From Nevskiaceae bacterium (GTDB lineage Bacteria > Pseudomonadota > Gammaproteobacteria > Nevskiales > Nevskiaceae), in NCBI GenBank assembly GCA_008012115.1, contig SSEB01000010.1, forward strand, positions 47,407 through 111,406: a stretch of DNA of 64,000 nt. Reading direction: 5' to 3'. Of the stretch, positions 16,578 through 25,753 are shown one piece after another. Below the pieces are notes generated by a model. That model ran no database searches. It had not been told where the DNA came from and saw only the letters and a program-made list of their open reading frames with translations. Within the stretch, counting starts at the first letter, position 1; each line of letters begins with the position of its first letter. Position numbers and translations under genes: made by a program.

Positions 16578-17645
16578 TCAGGAGGCCTCACCGAGGTTCT
16601 CCGCCCCGGTTTCCAGCAGTCGGTATTTGCGCAGCAAGCCGCGGAATTGGTGGTAGGTCAGGCCGAGCAGCTCGGCGGCTTTCTTCTGGTTGAAACGCGC
16701 CTCGTCCAGCGCCGACTGCACCAGCCTTCGCTCGAAGGTCTCCACTTCTCGTGAGAAATCGAGCGGCAAGCCGGGCACCGAGGGCGCAGCGGGCAAAACA
16801 GGCGGCGCCGCAATCGCGGCCGACGGCGGCTCCGCCGCCGGCCTCACCGCCGGCAACAGGCGGTACGGCGACGCGAAAGGGTCCAGTTCAATCTGCTCGA
16901 CCACCTGCCGCGCACTGTCCAGCCGGTACACCGCACGCTCGACGACGTTGCGCAATTCGCGGACGTTGCCCGGCCAGTCGTGGGCCTTGAGCTGGCGTTC
17001 GGCGGTTGGCGAAAAGCCGGCGAAGTATTCGCGGCCCAGCTCCTGCGCCATGCCTTCGGCGAATTTCTGTGCCAGCAGGAGAATGTCCTCCTCGCGTTCG
17101 CGCAACGGCGGCACGGTGATGACGTCGAACGACAGCCGGTCCAGCAGGTCTTCGCGAAATTTCCCGGCGCGGGCCAGCGCGGGCAGATCGACGTTGGCGG
17201 CACCGAGCAGGCGCACGTCGATCTTCTGCGTTTCCGACGAGCCGACGCGTTCGAATTCTCCGTATTCCACGACGCGCAGTAGTTTCTCCTGCAGGCGCAG
17301 CGACATCGACGCCAGCTCGTCGAGAAACAGGGTGCCGCCATGCGCCAGCTCGAAGCGACCAACGCGCGGCCGTGTCGCGCCGGTGTAGGCGCCGGCGACA
17401 TGGCCGAACAGTTCCGACTCCAGCAGTTCCTCGTTGAGCGCCGCGCAGTTGAACTTGATGAACGGCCGCTGCCAGCGCTCGGAGAGAAAGTGCAGGCGCG
17501 CCGCGATCAGTTCCTTGCCGGCACCGCGCTCGCCGATGATCAGCACCGGCTTGCTCAGGGGCGCAACCCGCGAGACGCGCTCCAGCGCGGCGAGAAAGTT
17601 GTCGGCCTGACCGATGATGGGATCGGGGTTGTCCCGCAGCAGCAT
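16578..17645 (-). CDS. pspF: sigma-54-dependent activator PspF (no receiver domain)
   Basis: AAA+ core LIIGERGAGKELIAARLH, ESELFGHVAGAYTGA (GAFTGA-type loop), C-terminal HTH AAELLGLTYHQFRGLLRKY. Divergent from the psp operon. Confidence 0.85.
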   Translation of the reverse strand: MLLRDNPDPIIGQADNFLAALERVSRVAPLSKPVLIIGERGAGKELIAARLHFLSERWQRPFIKFNCAALNEELLESELFGHVAGAYTGATRPRVGRFELAHGGTLFLDELASMSLRLQEKLLRVVEYGEFERVGSSETQKIDVRLLGAANVDLPALARAGKFREDLLDRLSFDVITVPPLREREEDILLLAQKFAEGMAQELGREYFAGFSPTAERQLKAHDWPGNVRELRNVVERAVYRLDSARQVVEQIELDPFASPYRLLPAVRPAAEPPSAAIAAPPVLPAAPSVPGLPLDFSREVETFERRLVQSALDEARFNQKKAAELLGLTYHQFRGLLRKYRLLETGAENLGEAS

Positions 17646-17746
17646 GCGCTTATTCCACTAATTGTTAGCGCTTTTTACCATCAGCTCGCCTTAACCGCTA
17701 CTTCCGACCACGGTCCGTTTCGACAGATGAAAAATAAATTCATATA

Positions 17747-17759
17747 AATCATTTGGTTG
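17747..17759 (+). promoter_or_regulatory. possible IHF site between pspF and the sigma-54 promoter
   Basis: AATCATTTGGTTG compared with WATCAANNNNTTR, in an AT-rich stretch about 20 bp upstream of the -24 element. Confidence 0.3.
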
Positions 17760-17775
17760 AGAGATTTTTCAGACT

Positions 17776-17791
17776 TGGCACGGTGCTGGCA
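17776..17791 (+). promoter_or_regulatory. sigma-54 (-24/-12) promoter of the psp operon
   Basis: TGGCACGGTGCTGGCA matches TGGCAC-N5-TTGC, with GG and GC 12 nt apart. Sits about 45 bp upstream of the first operon ATG. Confidence 0.7.
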
Positions 17792-17836
17792 ATAACCAGG
17801 GCAACGAACCCCGTCGCGCCCAAGGAGGGCAACAAC

Positions 17837-18133
17837 ATGAACCCGATCACCCGCAAGCTTCTGATCAGCGCCACCGCCCTCGCCCTTGCCGCCGGCACGC
17901 TGTCCGCGCAGGCCTCATCGGAGAGCGTCGGCATCCGTGTCGCCGGCGCGGCCGGCCAGTACCTGGTGAGCACCGGCGGCGCCCTGCTGGACGAAGTGCG
18001 CCGTGAAATCGCCGCCGGTATCCAGCCCAAGCTGCAGCGCCTGCCGACGGTGGTGGTCACGCCGTCCGACGAGGAACTGCGCGATGCCGGCATCGACCCG
18101 AAGCAGTTCCGCGCCGCGAAGAAGGCGCGCTAA
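17837..18133 (+). CDS. small secreted protein, first gene of the psp operon (hypothetical)
   Basis: Strong RBS AAGGAGGG. MNPITRKLLISATALALAAGTLSAQA signal peptide. 98 aa. Located between the sigma-54 promoter and pspA. Confidence 0.6.
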   Translation: MNPITRKLLISATALALAAGTLSAQASSESVGIRVAGAAGQYLVSTGGALLDEVRREIAAGIQPKLQRLPTVVVTPSDEELRDAGIDPKQFRAAKKAR

Positions 18134-18171
18134 ACCCTTACCATAGCGGCCAAAGCGGCAGGCAAAACGAA

Positions 18172-18861
18172 ATGGGCATTTTTTCCAGACGCAACGACGT
18201 CATCAATTCCGACCTCAGCAAGATGCTGGGCAAGGCCGGCGACCCCGAGAAACTGGTGCGCCTGATCATCCAGGAGATGGAGGACACGCTGGTCGAGGTG
18301 CGCTCCACCGGCGTGCGCAGCATCGCGCGCAAGAAGGAACTGCAGCGCGGCATCGCCGATGCCCAGCACGAGGCACTGGACTGGGAGTCCAAGGCCGAGC
18401 TGGCGCTGAGCAAGGACCGCGAGGACCTGGCCCGCGGCGCCCTCGCCGCGCGCCAGCGTGCGCTCGACCGCGTGCCGGCACTGGAGCGGGAGCTCAAGCT
18501 GATCGACGAGGAACTGGCCAAGCTCGACAGCGACACCACCAAGCTGCGCGCCAAGCTGGCCGATGCCCGCAGCCGCCAGAAGTCGCTGAGCCTGCGCAGC
18601 CAGACCTCCAGCTCGCGCCTGAAAGTGCGCGAACAGCTCGACGACCGCCGCGTCTCGGACACGCTGCAGAAAATGGACCAGTTCGAAAGTCACGTCGAGC
18701 GCCTGGAAGCCCAGGTCGATGCCTACGATCTGGGCCAGCGCACACTCGCCGACGAAATCGCTGCGCTCGCGCCGAACAACAAGATCGAAGACGAGCTGGC
18801 CAAACTGCGCGCGAAGCTGGGCAAAAACACCGCACCCGCCTCATCCGGCACAAAAGAATAA
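18172..18861 (+). CDS. pspA: phage shock protein A
   Basis: MGIFSRRNDVINSDLSKMLGKAGDPEKLVRLIIQEMEDTLVEVR, then coiled coil throughout. Confidence 0.9.
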   Translation: MGIFSRRNDVINSDLSKMLGKAGDPEKLVRLIIQEMEDTLVEVRSTGVRSIARKKELQRGIADAQHEALDWESKAELALSKDREDLARGALAARQRALDRVPALERELKLIDEELAKLDSDTTKLRAKLADARSRQKSLSLRSQTSSSRLKVREQLDDRRVSDTLQKMDQFESHVERLEAQVDAYDLGQRTLADEIAALAPNNKIEDELAKLRAKLGKNTAPASSGTKE

Positions 18862-18873
18862 AGGGAGCCGTCC

Positions 18874-19110
18874 GTGGAAGACACGCTTGTTCCGATCGTC
18901 GCGATGCTCAGCATCTTCGTGGCGCCGCTGTGGCTGATCCTGCACTACCGCGACCGCCGCCGCCTGCATGAAATCGAGCTGCAGAAAAAGAACGTCAACA
19001 ACGACGAGCTCCATGCCGTTGCCGAGCGCATGGAAAAGCGCATCGAGGCGCTGGAGGACATCCTCGACACGGAGGCCCCGGGCTGGAGGAAGCGTCATGA
19101 GCATTCGTGA
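18874..19110 (+). CDS. pspB: phage shock protein B
   Basis: 78 aa with a single TM (IVAMLSIFVAPLWLILHY), then ...DELHAVAERMEKRIEALEDILD. Confidence 0.85.
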   Translation: MEDTLVPIVAMLSIFVAPLWLILHYRDRRRLHEIELQKKNVNNDELHAVAERMEKRIEALEDILDTEAPGWRKRHEHS

Positions 19111-19528
19111 CAAGCTGCGCGGCGACATGCTGTCGCAGATGCGCCGTTATCCGCAGCGCGGCTGGATCGCCGGCGTCTGCGCCGGCGTCTGCGAATACTT
19201 CGACTGGAACGTGAAGCTGGTGCGGCTGCTGCTGATCGTTGCGCTGCTATGCACCCACGTGTTTCCGCTGGCCATCGCCTACATGGTGCTGTGGTACCTG
19301 ATCGACCCGGCCGATGCGAGCACCGACGCCTCAACCGCGCCGCCACCGCTGTCCGGCGCCGGCCCATCCACCGCAGACCCCGGCGCGCCACGCCCGGGCG
19401 CCACCCTCCGCAGCGGCGATCTCAAGGCCCGCTTCGCGCGCCTGGAACGCCGGCTCAGCAGCATGGAGGAGTGCGTGGTATCGAAAGACTTCGAACTGCG
19501 CCAGGAGCTGCGCAAGCTGGAGTCCTGA
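19097..19528 (+). CDS. pspC: phage shock protein C
   Basis: MSIRDKLRGD...RYPQRGWIAGVCAGVCEYFDWNVKLVRLLLIV (PspC domain). C-terminal leucine-zipper-like SSMEECVVSKDFELRQELRKLE. Overlaps the pspB end. Confidence 0.85.
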   Translation: MSIRDKLRGDMLSQMRRYPQRGWIAGVCAGVCEYFDWNVKLVRLLLIVALLCTHVFPLAIAYMVLWYLIDPADASTDASTAPPPLSGAGPSTADPGAPRPGATLRSGDLKARFARLERRLSSMEECVVSKDFELRQELRKLES

Positions 19529-19552
19529 GCGCCGGCAGAGCGTCGACGACGC

Positions 19553-19662
19553 CACCCGCTGTTGCCGTGGAGATCGGATAATTTGTTGTTAATTATTAAT
19601 TGAAAATTAATTCATTAAATAATTAAAAACAAACCAAACCGCCTTTGGCGCGACAGCGGGTG
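19553..19662 (+). repeat. 110-bp GC-clamped AT-core dyad element, copy 2
   Basis: CACCCGCTG at 19553-19561 and CAGCGGGTG at 19654-19662. AT core ATAATTTGTTGTTAATTATTAATTGAAAATTAATTCATTAAATAATTAAAAAC. Begins 24 nt after the pspC stop. Confidence 0.85.
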
Positions 19663-19809
19663 CGGCAGAAACGGCCGCTGACGACACGTCCAACGCGGAG
19701 TGGATGCGTCAGACCGGCACCGGCGCCCGGCCCGCCGCGCATCGGACCGGCGCCGCACGATCACCGCTGTCGCCGGCCTGAGCCTCGCGAGCCGGCAAAG
19801 ACCGACGCA

Positions 19810-20484
19810 ATGCGGCAGAATCGATCCAGAAAATTCCGCACGCCCATGCCGCGCAAACCCGCTCACGAACAATTCGACACGCTTTCCGCGATTCAGGACC
19901 GCTCCTTCGAACTCTTCGGCCGCTACGGCTACGAGGGCGTTTCGATCGGCGACATCGCCAAGGCCGCCAAGCTGAGCAAGGGTGCGCTCTACTGGCATTT
20001 CCGCGGCAAGGAAGAGCTGTACCTCGCCTGCCTGAAGAAACTGCACGCGATCTTCAACGAGTGCGTGTTCGATCCCGTCGGCGCCGAGGCGGATCCGGTG
20101 CAAGGCATCCTCGCGCTGTTCCAGGGCCTGCTGCGCCTGCAGCAGGACCCGCGCGTGGTCAACGGCGTCGCCGGCTACTGGCTGATTCCGTCGCGGCCGG
20201 AGACCGCGCCGCTGATCGCCGCGCAGCGCGCCTTCGAGGCCCAGGCGATCGCCAACATCACGCGCACGCTGCAGCAGGCTGAAGCCCAGGGTCGCTTCGA
20301 TCTGGGCAAGGACCAGGAGCCGATGGCGCGCGCCATGATTTCGCTGGTGGAAGCCGTCGTGCTGCCGCTGCGCCAGCAGACGCCCAAGGAAACCCGCGAC
20401 AACATCGGCATCCTCGCCCGCACGCTGTTCCGCGCCTATGCGCGCGGCGATGCGGCGACGCTGGTACTGGATCGCCTGCGCTAG
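19810..20484 (+). CDS. TetR/AcrR family transcriptional regulator
   Basis: HTH region FELFGRYGYEGVSIGDIAKAAKLSKGALYWHFRGKEELY. Start uncertain (ATG 19810 or 19846). Confidence 0.8.
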   Translation: MRQNRSRKFRTPMPRKPAHEQFDTLSAIQDRSFELFGRYGYEGVSIGDIAKAAKLSKGALYWHFRGKEELYLACLKKLHAIFNECVFDPVGAEADPVQGILALFQGLLRLQQDPRVVNGVAGYWLIPSRPETAPLIAAQRAFEAQAIANITRTLQQAEAQGRFDLGKDQEPMARAMISLVEAVVLPLRQQTPKETRDNIGILARTLFRAYARGDAATLVLDRLR

Positions 20485-20494
20485 CCGGGGCCGG

Positions 20495-20854
20495 TCACCG
20501 CTTGCCGGGTTTCACGCCGAACAGCGCGTTGAGTCCGGATTCGACGATGCCGGCACCGAGCCCGGCACTGGCGCTGACCATCTTGGCCGTGTCCTCCACC
20601 AGCCCGGCGGCGCGCGACTGCGACATCGCGTCGGTGAAACCCTGTGCCACCTGCTTGCGCAGCTCCGGCAGCAGGTCGAGCGCTGCGGCGGTGACGCCAC
20701 TCTTCACGCGTGCCTCGAACTCGATCTGGATCTGCTCCAGGCGCTTGTCGAGCCGCGGCTCCAGCGAGGACTTGTAGAACCAACCGGCGATCATCCAGGT
20801 CAGCAGGCTGGAACACAGCGCGGTCAGCAACAGCATCACGGCATCGTGCAGCAT
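20495..20854 (-). CDS. hypothetical membrane protein
   Basis: Start at MLHDAVMLLLTALCSSLLTWMIAGWFY (TM helix). 119 aa. Divergent from the RND gene. Confidence 0.45.
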   Translation of the reverse strand: MLHDAVMLLLTALCSSLLTWMIAGWFYKSSLEPRLDKRLEQIQIEFEARVKSGVTAAALDLLPELRKQVAQGFTDAMSQSRAAGLVEDTAKMVSASAGLGAGIVESGLNALFGVKPGKR

Positions 20855-21020
20855 GGCGGCATCTCCCCCGGGGCCGGTATCTTTTCGGCCATTCTGCCGC
20901 AAAAGCGCGGGCATGCGCAGGCGCTTCGTGGCAAGCACGGCGCGATTCACTCACAATGCCGAAAACGGATCATGCAAAGGGCGCACGCGGCCCGGCGCGT
21001 GGCAGAACACGGAGGAGCGC

Positions 21021-23363
21021 GTGCTGACCGCCGAGAAAATCCTGGAGCGGGTAATCCCGCTGGTGTATGGCCGCCGCAAACTGACCTTTGCGCTGCTGAT
21101 GGCCGCCACCGCGGCGCTGTTTGCCATGGCCCTGCAGCTGCGGCCGGACGCCGGTTACGAGAAGCAGATTCCGCTCGACCATCCGTACATGAAGGTGTTC
21201 CGGCACTACGAGAAGGCCTTTGGCGGCGCCAACCTGATTTCCATCGCCCTGATCCAGAAGCAGGGCGACATCTACAACGAGCACTTCCTCGACACGCTGA
21301 AGAAGGCCACCGACGAGGTGTTCTTCCTGCCCGGCGTGGACCGTTCGCGCGTGCAGTCGCTGTTCACGCCGGGCGTACGCTACGTCGAGATCGTCGAGGA
21401 CGGCTTTGCCGGCGGCGACGTGGTGCCGCGCAATTACGCACCGAGCCCGGAGATGTTCGCGCTGATCCGCGCCAACGTCGCCAAGGCCGGCATCATCGGC
21501 CGCCTGGTCTCCGGCGACCAGCGCGGCGCCCTGATCACCGCGGAGTTGCTGGAGCACGATCCGGCCACCGGCGAGCGCCTCGACTACCGCGCCGTGGCGG
21601 AGAAGCTGGAAGCCATCCGCGGCCAGTTCCAGGACGACCGCATCGACGTGCGCATCATCGGCTTCGCCAAGGTGGTGGGCGACGTCACCGACGCCAGCCT
21701 GCAGGTGGTCGGCTTCTTCGTGATCGCCCTGCTGCTCACCCTGGGCCTGCTCTGGCTGTTCTGCGGCTCGATCCGGCTGTCGCTGCTGCCGCTGTCGGCG
21801 GCGCTGACGGCGGTGGTCTGGGAACTGGGCCTGCTCGAGCTCGCCGGCTTCGGGCTCGACCCCTTCGCCATCCTCGTGCCCTTCCTGATCCTGTCCATCG
21901 GCGTCTCGCACGGCGTGCAATACATCAACGGCTGGGGCCACGAGGTGGCGGTGCACGGCCGCGATCCGCTGGACGCCTCGCGCGAGACCTTCCGGCGCCT
22001 GTTCATCCCCGGCACCGTGGCCATCGTCACCAACGTTATCGGCTTCGCCACGCTGGCCTTCATCAAGATCGAGATCGTGCAGGAGATGGCGATCAACGCC
22101 GCGCTGGGCATGGCCGCCGTCATCGTCACCAACAAGGTGATGCTGCCGATCGTGCTGACCTGGGTGAAGCTCGATGACGTCGACCAGTTCCGCCGCCGCC
22201 AGAAGGCGCGCGAGGACATGGGCGACCGCCTCTGGCGCAAGGTGGCGGACTTCGCCACGCCGCGCCTGGCGCTGCCGACGCTGGGCCTGGCGCTGCTGGC
22301 GCTGGTCTGGGCGATCTGGATGTATCCCAAGCTGATCATCGGCGACCAGCAGGTCGGCGTGCCGGAACTGCGGCCGGACAGCCGCTACAACGTCGACTCC
22401 CGTGCCATTGCCGACAACTTCATCATCGGCGTCGATCTGCTCAAGGTGATTGCGGAGGCGGAGCCCTATGCCTGCGTGCACCACGAGCGCATGCAGACCA
22501 TCGAGCATTTCGCCTGGACCCTGCAGAACGTGCCCGGCGTGCAGTCGGTGATCTCGCTGCCGCAGATCGCGCGCTCGCTCAACATCGCCGTGCACGAAGG
22601 CTCGCCCAAGTGGTACGTGCTGCCTCGCAACCAGGGCGGGCTGGCGCACATCATCGGCCCGGTGCCCTCATCCGCCGGCCTGCAGAATCCGGACTGCTCG
22701 GTGATGCCGGTGCTGATCTTCACCCAGGACCACCGCGCCGACACCATCCGCCGCATCGTCGATGCCGCCCAGGCCTTCGATACCGCGCACAAGGACGAGG
22801 GCGTGCACTTCGCCCTGGCCTCCGGCAACGTCGGCGTGATGGCCGCGACCAATGCCGAGATCAAGGCGCGCGAGATCGTGGTGATCGTCTGGGTGCACCT
22901 GACGCTGCTGATCTTCGTCTGGATCTCCTTCCGTTCGCTGGCGGCCGTGGTCAGCATCATCACGCCGCTGGTGCTGTGCTCGCTGCTGACCTACGGCGGC
23001 ATGGCCACCATCGGCGTCGGCATGAAGGCGGCGACCCTACCGGTGGCGGCCTTCGGCGTCGGCATCGGCGTCGACGACGGCATCTACCTGTGGAGCGTGC
23101 TGGTGCTCTACCTGCAGCAGGGCGCGACGCTGCGCGAGGCGTATTTCCAGGCCCTGCGCCACACCGGCAAGGCGGTGGTATTCACCTCGCTGTCGCTGAT
23201 CGTGGCGGTGTTCACCTGGCTGTTCTCGCAGCTGCAGTTCCAGGCCGACATGGGCCTGCTGCTGCTGTTCATGTTCACCACCAACCTGTTCGGCGCGGTG
23301 CTCTTGCTGCCGGCGCTCGCTTGGGTCATGGTGAAGCCCGGAACCATCGAGAAGGCGGCATAA
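21021..23363 (+). CDS. RND superfamily transporter (MMPL/HpnN-like)
   Basis: GTG start after GGAGGA. About 780 aa with two 6-TM bundles and two periplasmic loops, and a repeated ...GVSHGVQY.../...GIGVDDGIY... architecture. Followed by DUF1329. Confidence 0.8.
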   Translation: MLTAEKILERVIPLVYGRRKLTFALLMAATAALFAMALQLRPDAGYEKQIPLDHPYMKVFRHYEKAFGGANLISIALIQKQGDIYNEHFLDTLKKATDEVFFLPGVDRSRVQSLFTPGVRYVEIVEDGFAGGDVVPRNYAPSPEMFALIRANVAKAGIIGRLVSGDQRGALITAELLEHDPATGERLDYRAVAEKLEAIRGQFQDDRIDVRIIGFAKVVGDVTDASLQVVGFFVIALLLTLGLLWLFCGSIRLSLLPLSAALTAVVWELGLLELAGFGLDPFAILVPFLILSIGVSHGVQYINGWGHEVAVHGRDPLDASRETFRRLFIPGTVAIVTNVIGFATLAFIKIEIVQEMAINAALGMAAVIVTNKVMLPIVLTWVKLDDVDQFRRRQKAREDMGDRLWRKVADFATPRLALPTLGLALLALVWAIWMYPKLIIGDQQVGVPELRPDSRYNVDSRAIADNFIIGVDLLKVIAEAEPYACVHHERMQTIEHFAWTLQNVPGVQSVISLPQIARSLNIAVHEGSPKWYVLPRNQGGLAHIIGPVPSSAGLQNPDCSVMPVLIFTQDHRADTIRRIVDAAQAFDTAHKDEGVHFALASGNVGVMAATNAEIKAREIVVIVWVHLTLLIFVWISFRSLAAVVSIITPLVLCSLLTYGGMATIGVGMKAATLPVAAFGVGIGVDDGIYLWSVLVLYLQQGATLREAYFQALRHTGKAVVFTSLSLIVAVFTWLFSQLQFQADMGLLLLFMFTTNLFGAVLLLPALAWVMVKPGTIEKAA

Positions 23364-23391
23364 GCCGCCCGCGGGCGTGCTCGACATCGGC

Positions 23392-23501
23392 CACCCGCTC
23401 TCGCGGTTTTGGCCTGGAGGATTGTTAAAAAATGTATATCAAATCAAAATTCATTAAACTATTTATCACATCTTCCCTGCTGATTCCGGTGCTAGCGGGT
23501 G
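23392..23501 (+). repeat. 110-bp GC-clamped AT-core dyad element, copy 3 (overlaps the DUF1329 start)
   Basis: CACCCGCT at 23392-23399 and AGCGGGTG at 23494-23501. The core aligns without gaps to the other copies (for example offsets 60-69 TCATTAAACT versus TCATTAAATA in copy 2). Begins 28 nt after the RND stop. Confidence 0.8.
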
Positions 23502-24784
23502 CCAAGGTCACGCCTGAAGAGGCGGCCAAACTGGGCACGGAACTGACCCCGATGGGCAGCGGGGTCGCCGGCAACAAGGCCGGCACCATCCCCAAGTGGG
23601 AGGGCGGCCTGCCGCAGAAGACGATGGCGCGTGGCGAGAATCCCTTTGCCGCCGACAAGCCGCTGTACACCATCACCGCGGCCACCCTCGACAAGTACAA
23701 GGACATCCTGACGGAAGGCTACAAGAACCTGTTCAAGACCTATCCCGATTACAAGATGAACGTGTACCCGACGCGTCGCAGCGCGTCGTATCCGCAGTGG
23801 TTCTATGACGCCAGCAAGAAGAACGCGACCACGGTGGAGCTGACCGACAACGGTTACGGCTTCTGCTGCACCACCAGCGGCTACCCGTTTCCGGTCCCGA
23901 AGAACGGCACCGAGGTGATGTGGAATCACATCATGCGCTACAACACCAAGGGCTTTAAGGGCTACCTCGACTCGGCGGCGACGCAGGCCGACGGTTCCTA
24001 CGTGATCCAGCGCGATTACCTGGAGCTGTCCTTCGTCTACAACAACCCCAGGACCACGCTTTCCACCCTCAAGGGCATGAACGTGTACGCCTTCACCAAG
24101 ACGGTGGCGCCACCCAATCTCGCCGGCGAGGCGCACCTGCTGCACGTGCCCATCGACCGCATCAAGGACCAGACCGGCGTCTGGTTCTACAGCCCGTCCG
24201 TGGGCCGCGTGCGGCGCATCGGCGAAGTCGGCTACGACAATCCCCTGTTCGACGGCCTGATGACGCACGACCAGATCGACATGTTCAACGGCCCGCTCGA
24301 CCGCTACACCATCAAGCTGCTGGGCAAGAAGGAAATGCTGGTGCCGTACAACAGCTACATGCTGTACAGCGACAAGCTCAAGTACAAGGACATCATCAAG
24401 ACCGGCCACATCAACCAGGATCTGGCGCGCTACGAGCTGCACCGCGTCTGGGTGATCGAGGCCGAGGTCAAGAAGGGCTTCAACCACCGCTACAAGAAGC
24501 GCACCTTCTACCTCGACGAAGACAGCTGGATCGTCCTGCTGCAGGACATCTACGACGAGCGCGACCAGTTCTGGCGCACGGCCGAGTCCCACGCCATCTG
24601 CTTCGCCAACGTGCCGGTGGTGGTCAACGGCGTGCAGGTGCACTACGACCTGCAGTCGCGCCGTTACGTGATCATCAACATGACCAACGAAGAGAAGAAG
24701 CTGATCGGCTACGACTGGGAGGCCTCTCCGGACTATTTCACGCCGGCCTCGCTGAAGAAATTCGCCGATACCGCTGCCAACTGA
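23432..24784 (+). CDS. DUF1329 domain protein (periplasmic, outer-membrane lipoprotein-sorting-like fold)
   Basis: Signal peptide MYIKSKFIKLFITSSLLIPVLAGA, then the hallmark TPEEAAKLGTELTPMGSGVAGNKAGTIPKWEGG. An in-frame TAA at 23426-23428 rules out a longer N-terminus. Confidence 0.9.
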   Translation: MYIKSKFIKLFITSSLLIPVLAGAKVTPEEAAKLGTELTPMGSGVAGNKAGTIPKWEGGLPQKTMARGENPFAADKPLYTITAATLDKYKDILTEGYKNLFKTYPDYKMNVYPTRRSASYPQWFYDASKKNATTVELTDNGYGFCCTTSGYPFPVPKNGTEVMWNHIMRYNTKGFKGYLDSAATQADGSYVIQRDYLELSFVYNNPRTTLSTLKGMNVYAFTKTVAPPNLAGEAHLLHVPIDRIKDQTGVWFYSPSVGRVRRIGEVGYDNPLFDGLMTHDQIDMFNGPLDRYTIKLLGKKEMLVPYNSYMLYSDKLKYKDIIKTGHINQDLARYELHRVWVIEAEVKKGFNHRYKKRTFYLDEDSWIVLLQDIYDERDQFWRTAESHAICFANVPVVVNGVQVHYDLQSRRYVIINMTNEEKKLIGYDWEASPDYFTPASLKKFADTAAN

Positions 24785-24876
24785 ACGTTGGCGGCGCGCA
24801 GCATTCAGGGGCAATTCAGTTAGCCGGGGTAATCTGCGTCCATGCCCGAAAAGGGCGGGACCGCAGGAGAACCTTC

Positions 24877-25422
24877 ATGAACAAGCTGATGATCGCAAGC
24901 CTGATGGCAGGTGTCACCGCCGTGACCGCCACCGCCCCGGCCTTTGCCGACCGCTGGGATGACTACGGCGAGACCACCTATGCCCCGGTGGTCAGCAGCC
25001 GCCCGGTGTACACGCAGGTGCGCGTCAGCGAGCCGCGCCAGGAGTGCCGCAGCGAGCCGGTGGTCTACCGCCAGCCGGTCTACGGCCAGGGCAGCAATCC
25101 GGGCGGCGCCATCCTCGGCGGCATTCTCGGCGGCGTGGTCGGCCACCAGTTCGGCGGCGGCCGCGGTCGCGACGTCGCCACGGCGGTCGGCGCAGTGATC
25201 GGCGCCGGCATCGGCGGCCAGGCATCGACCTACCAGGGCAGCAACGAGCAGGTCCGCTACGAGCAGCGCTGCCAGGTGGTGGACGCCTACCACTACGAAG
25301 ACCGCGTGCAGGGCTACGACGTCACCTATCGCTACAACGGCCGCCTGTACAACACGCGCCTGCCCTACGATCCGGGCAGCCGCATCGCGGTCAACGTCGA
25401 CGTGCGCCCGGCGCAGTATTGA
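24877..25422 (+). CDS. glycine-zipper 2TM domain protein
   Basis: Signal peptide. GGAILGGILGGVVGHQFGGGRGRDVATAVGAVIGAGIGG glycine zipper. Confidence 0.75.
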   Translation: MNKLMIASLMAGVTAVTATAPAFADRWDDYGETTYAPVVSSRPVYTQVRVSEPRQECRSEPVVYRQPVYGQGSNPGGAILGGILGGVVGHQFGGGRGRDVATAVGAVIGAGIGGQASTYQGSNEQVRYEQRCQVVDAYHYEDRVQGYDVTYRYNGRLYNTRLPYDPGSRIAVNVDVRPAQY

Positions 25423-25452
25423 GTATTGGGCGCCTCGCCCTAAACTAGGCCC

Positions 25453-25740
25453 ATGCGCACGCTACGCTCCACTCTTGCAGTGATCCTCCTGGGCGGGCTG
25501 GTTCTCCAGCCCGCCCTTGCCGATCCCGGGCGCCTGGGCGGCGCCCTGGCGAACGAGCACCAGGAGCTGGAGCACGGTCATCGCGAGCCCGGGCGCATGA
25601 GTCCCAGCGAGGCAGCGCGCCTGGCGCAAGAGCGCAACGGCGGCGGCCGCGTCCTGTCGGTGGACAGCGAAGGCAACGGCTACCGCGTCAAGCTGCTGCA
25701 GCGCGGCGACGTTCACATCGTTTTCATCCCCTCCGAATAA
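25453..25740 (+). CDS. PepSY domain small periplasmic protein
   Basis: Signal peptide, then SPSEAARLAQERNGGGRVLSVDSEGNGYRVKLLQRGDVHIVFI. Typically found upstream of two-component systems. Confidence 0.7.
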   Translation: MRTLRSTLAVILLGGLVLQPALADPGRLGGALANEHQELEHGHREPGRMSPSEAARLAQERNGGGRVLSVDSEGNGYRVKLLQRGDVHIVFIPSE

Positions 25741-25753
25741 ACCGGACGAGCGC

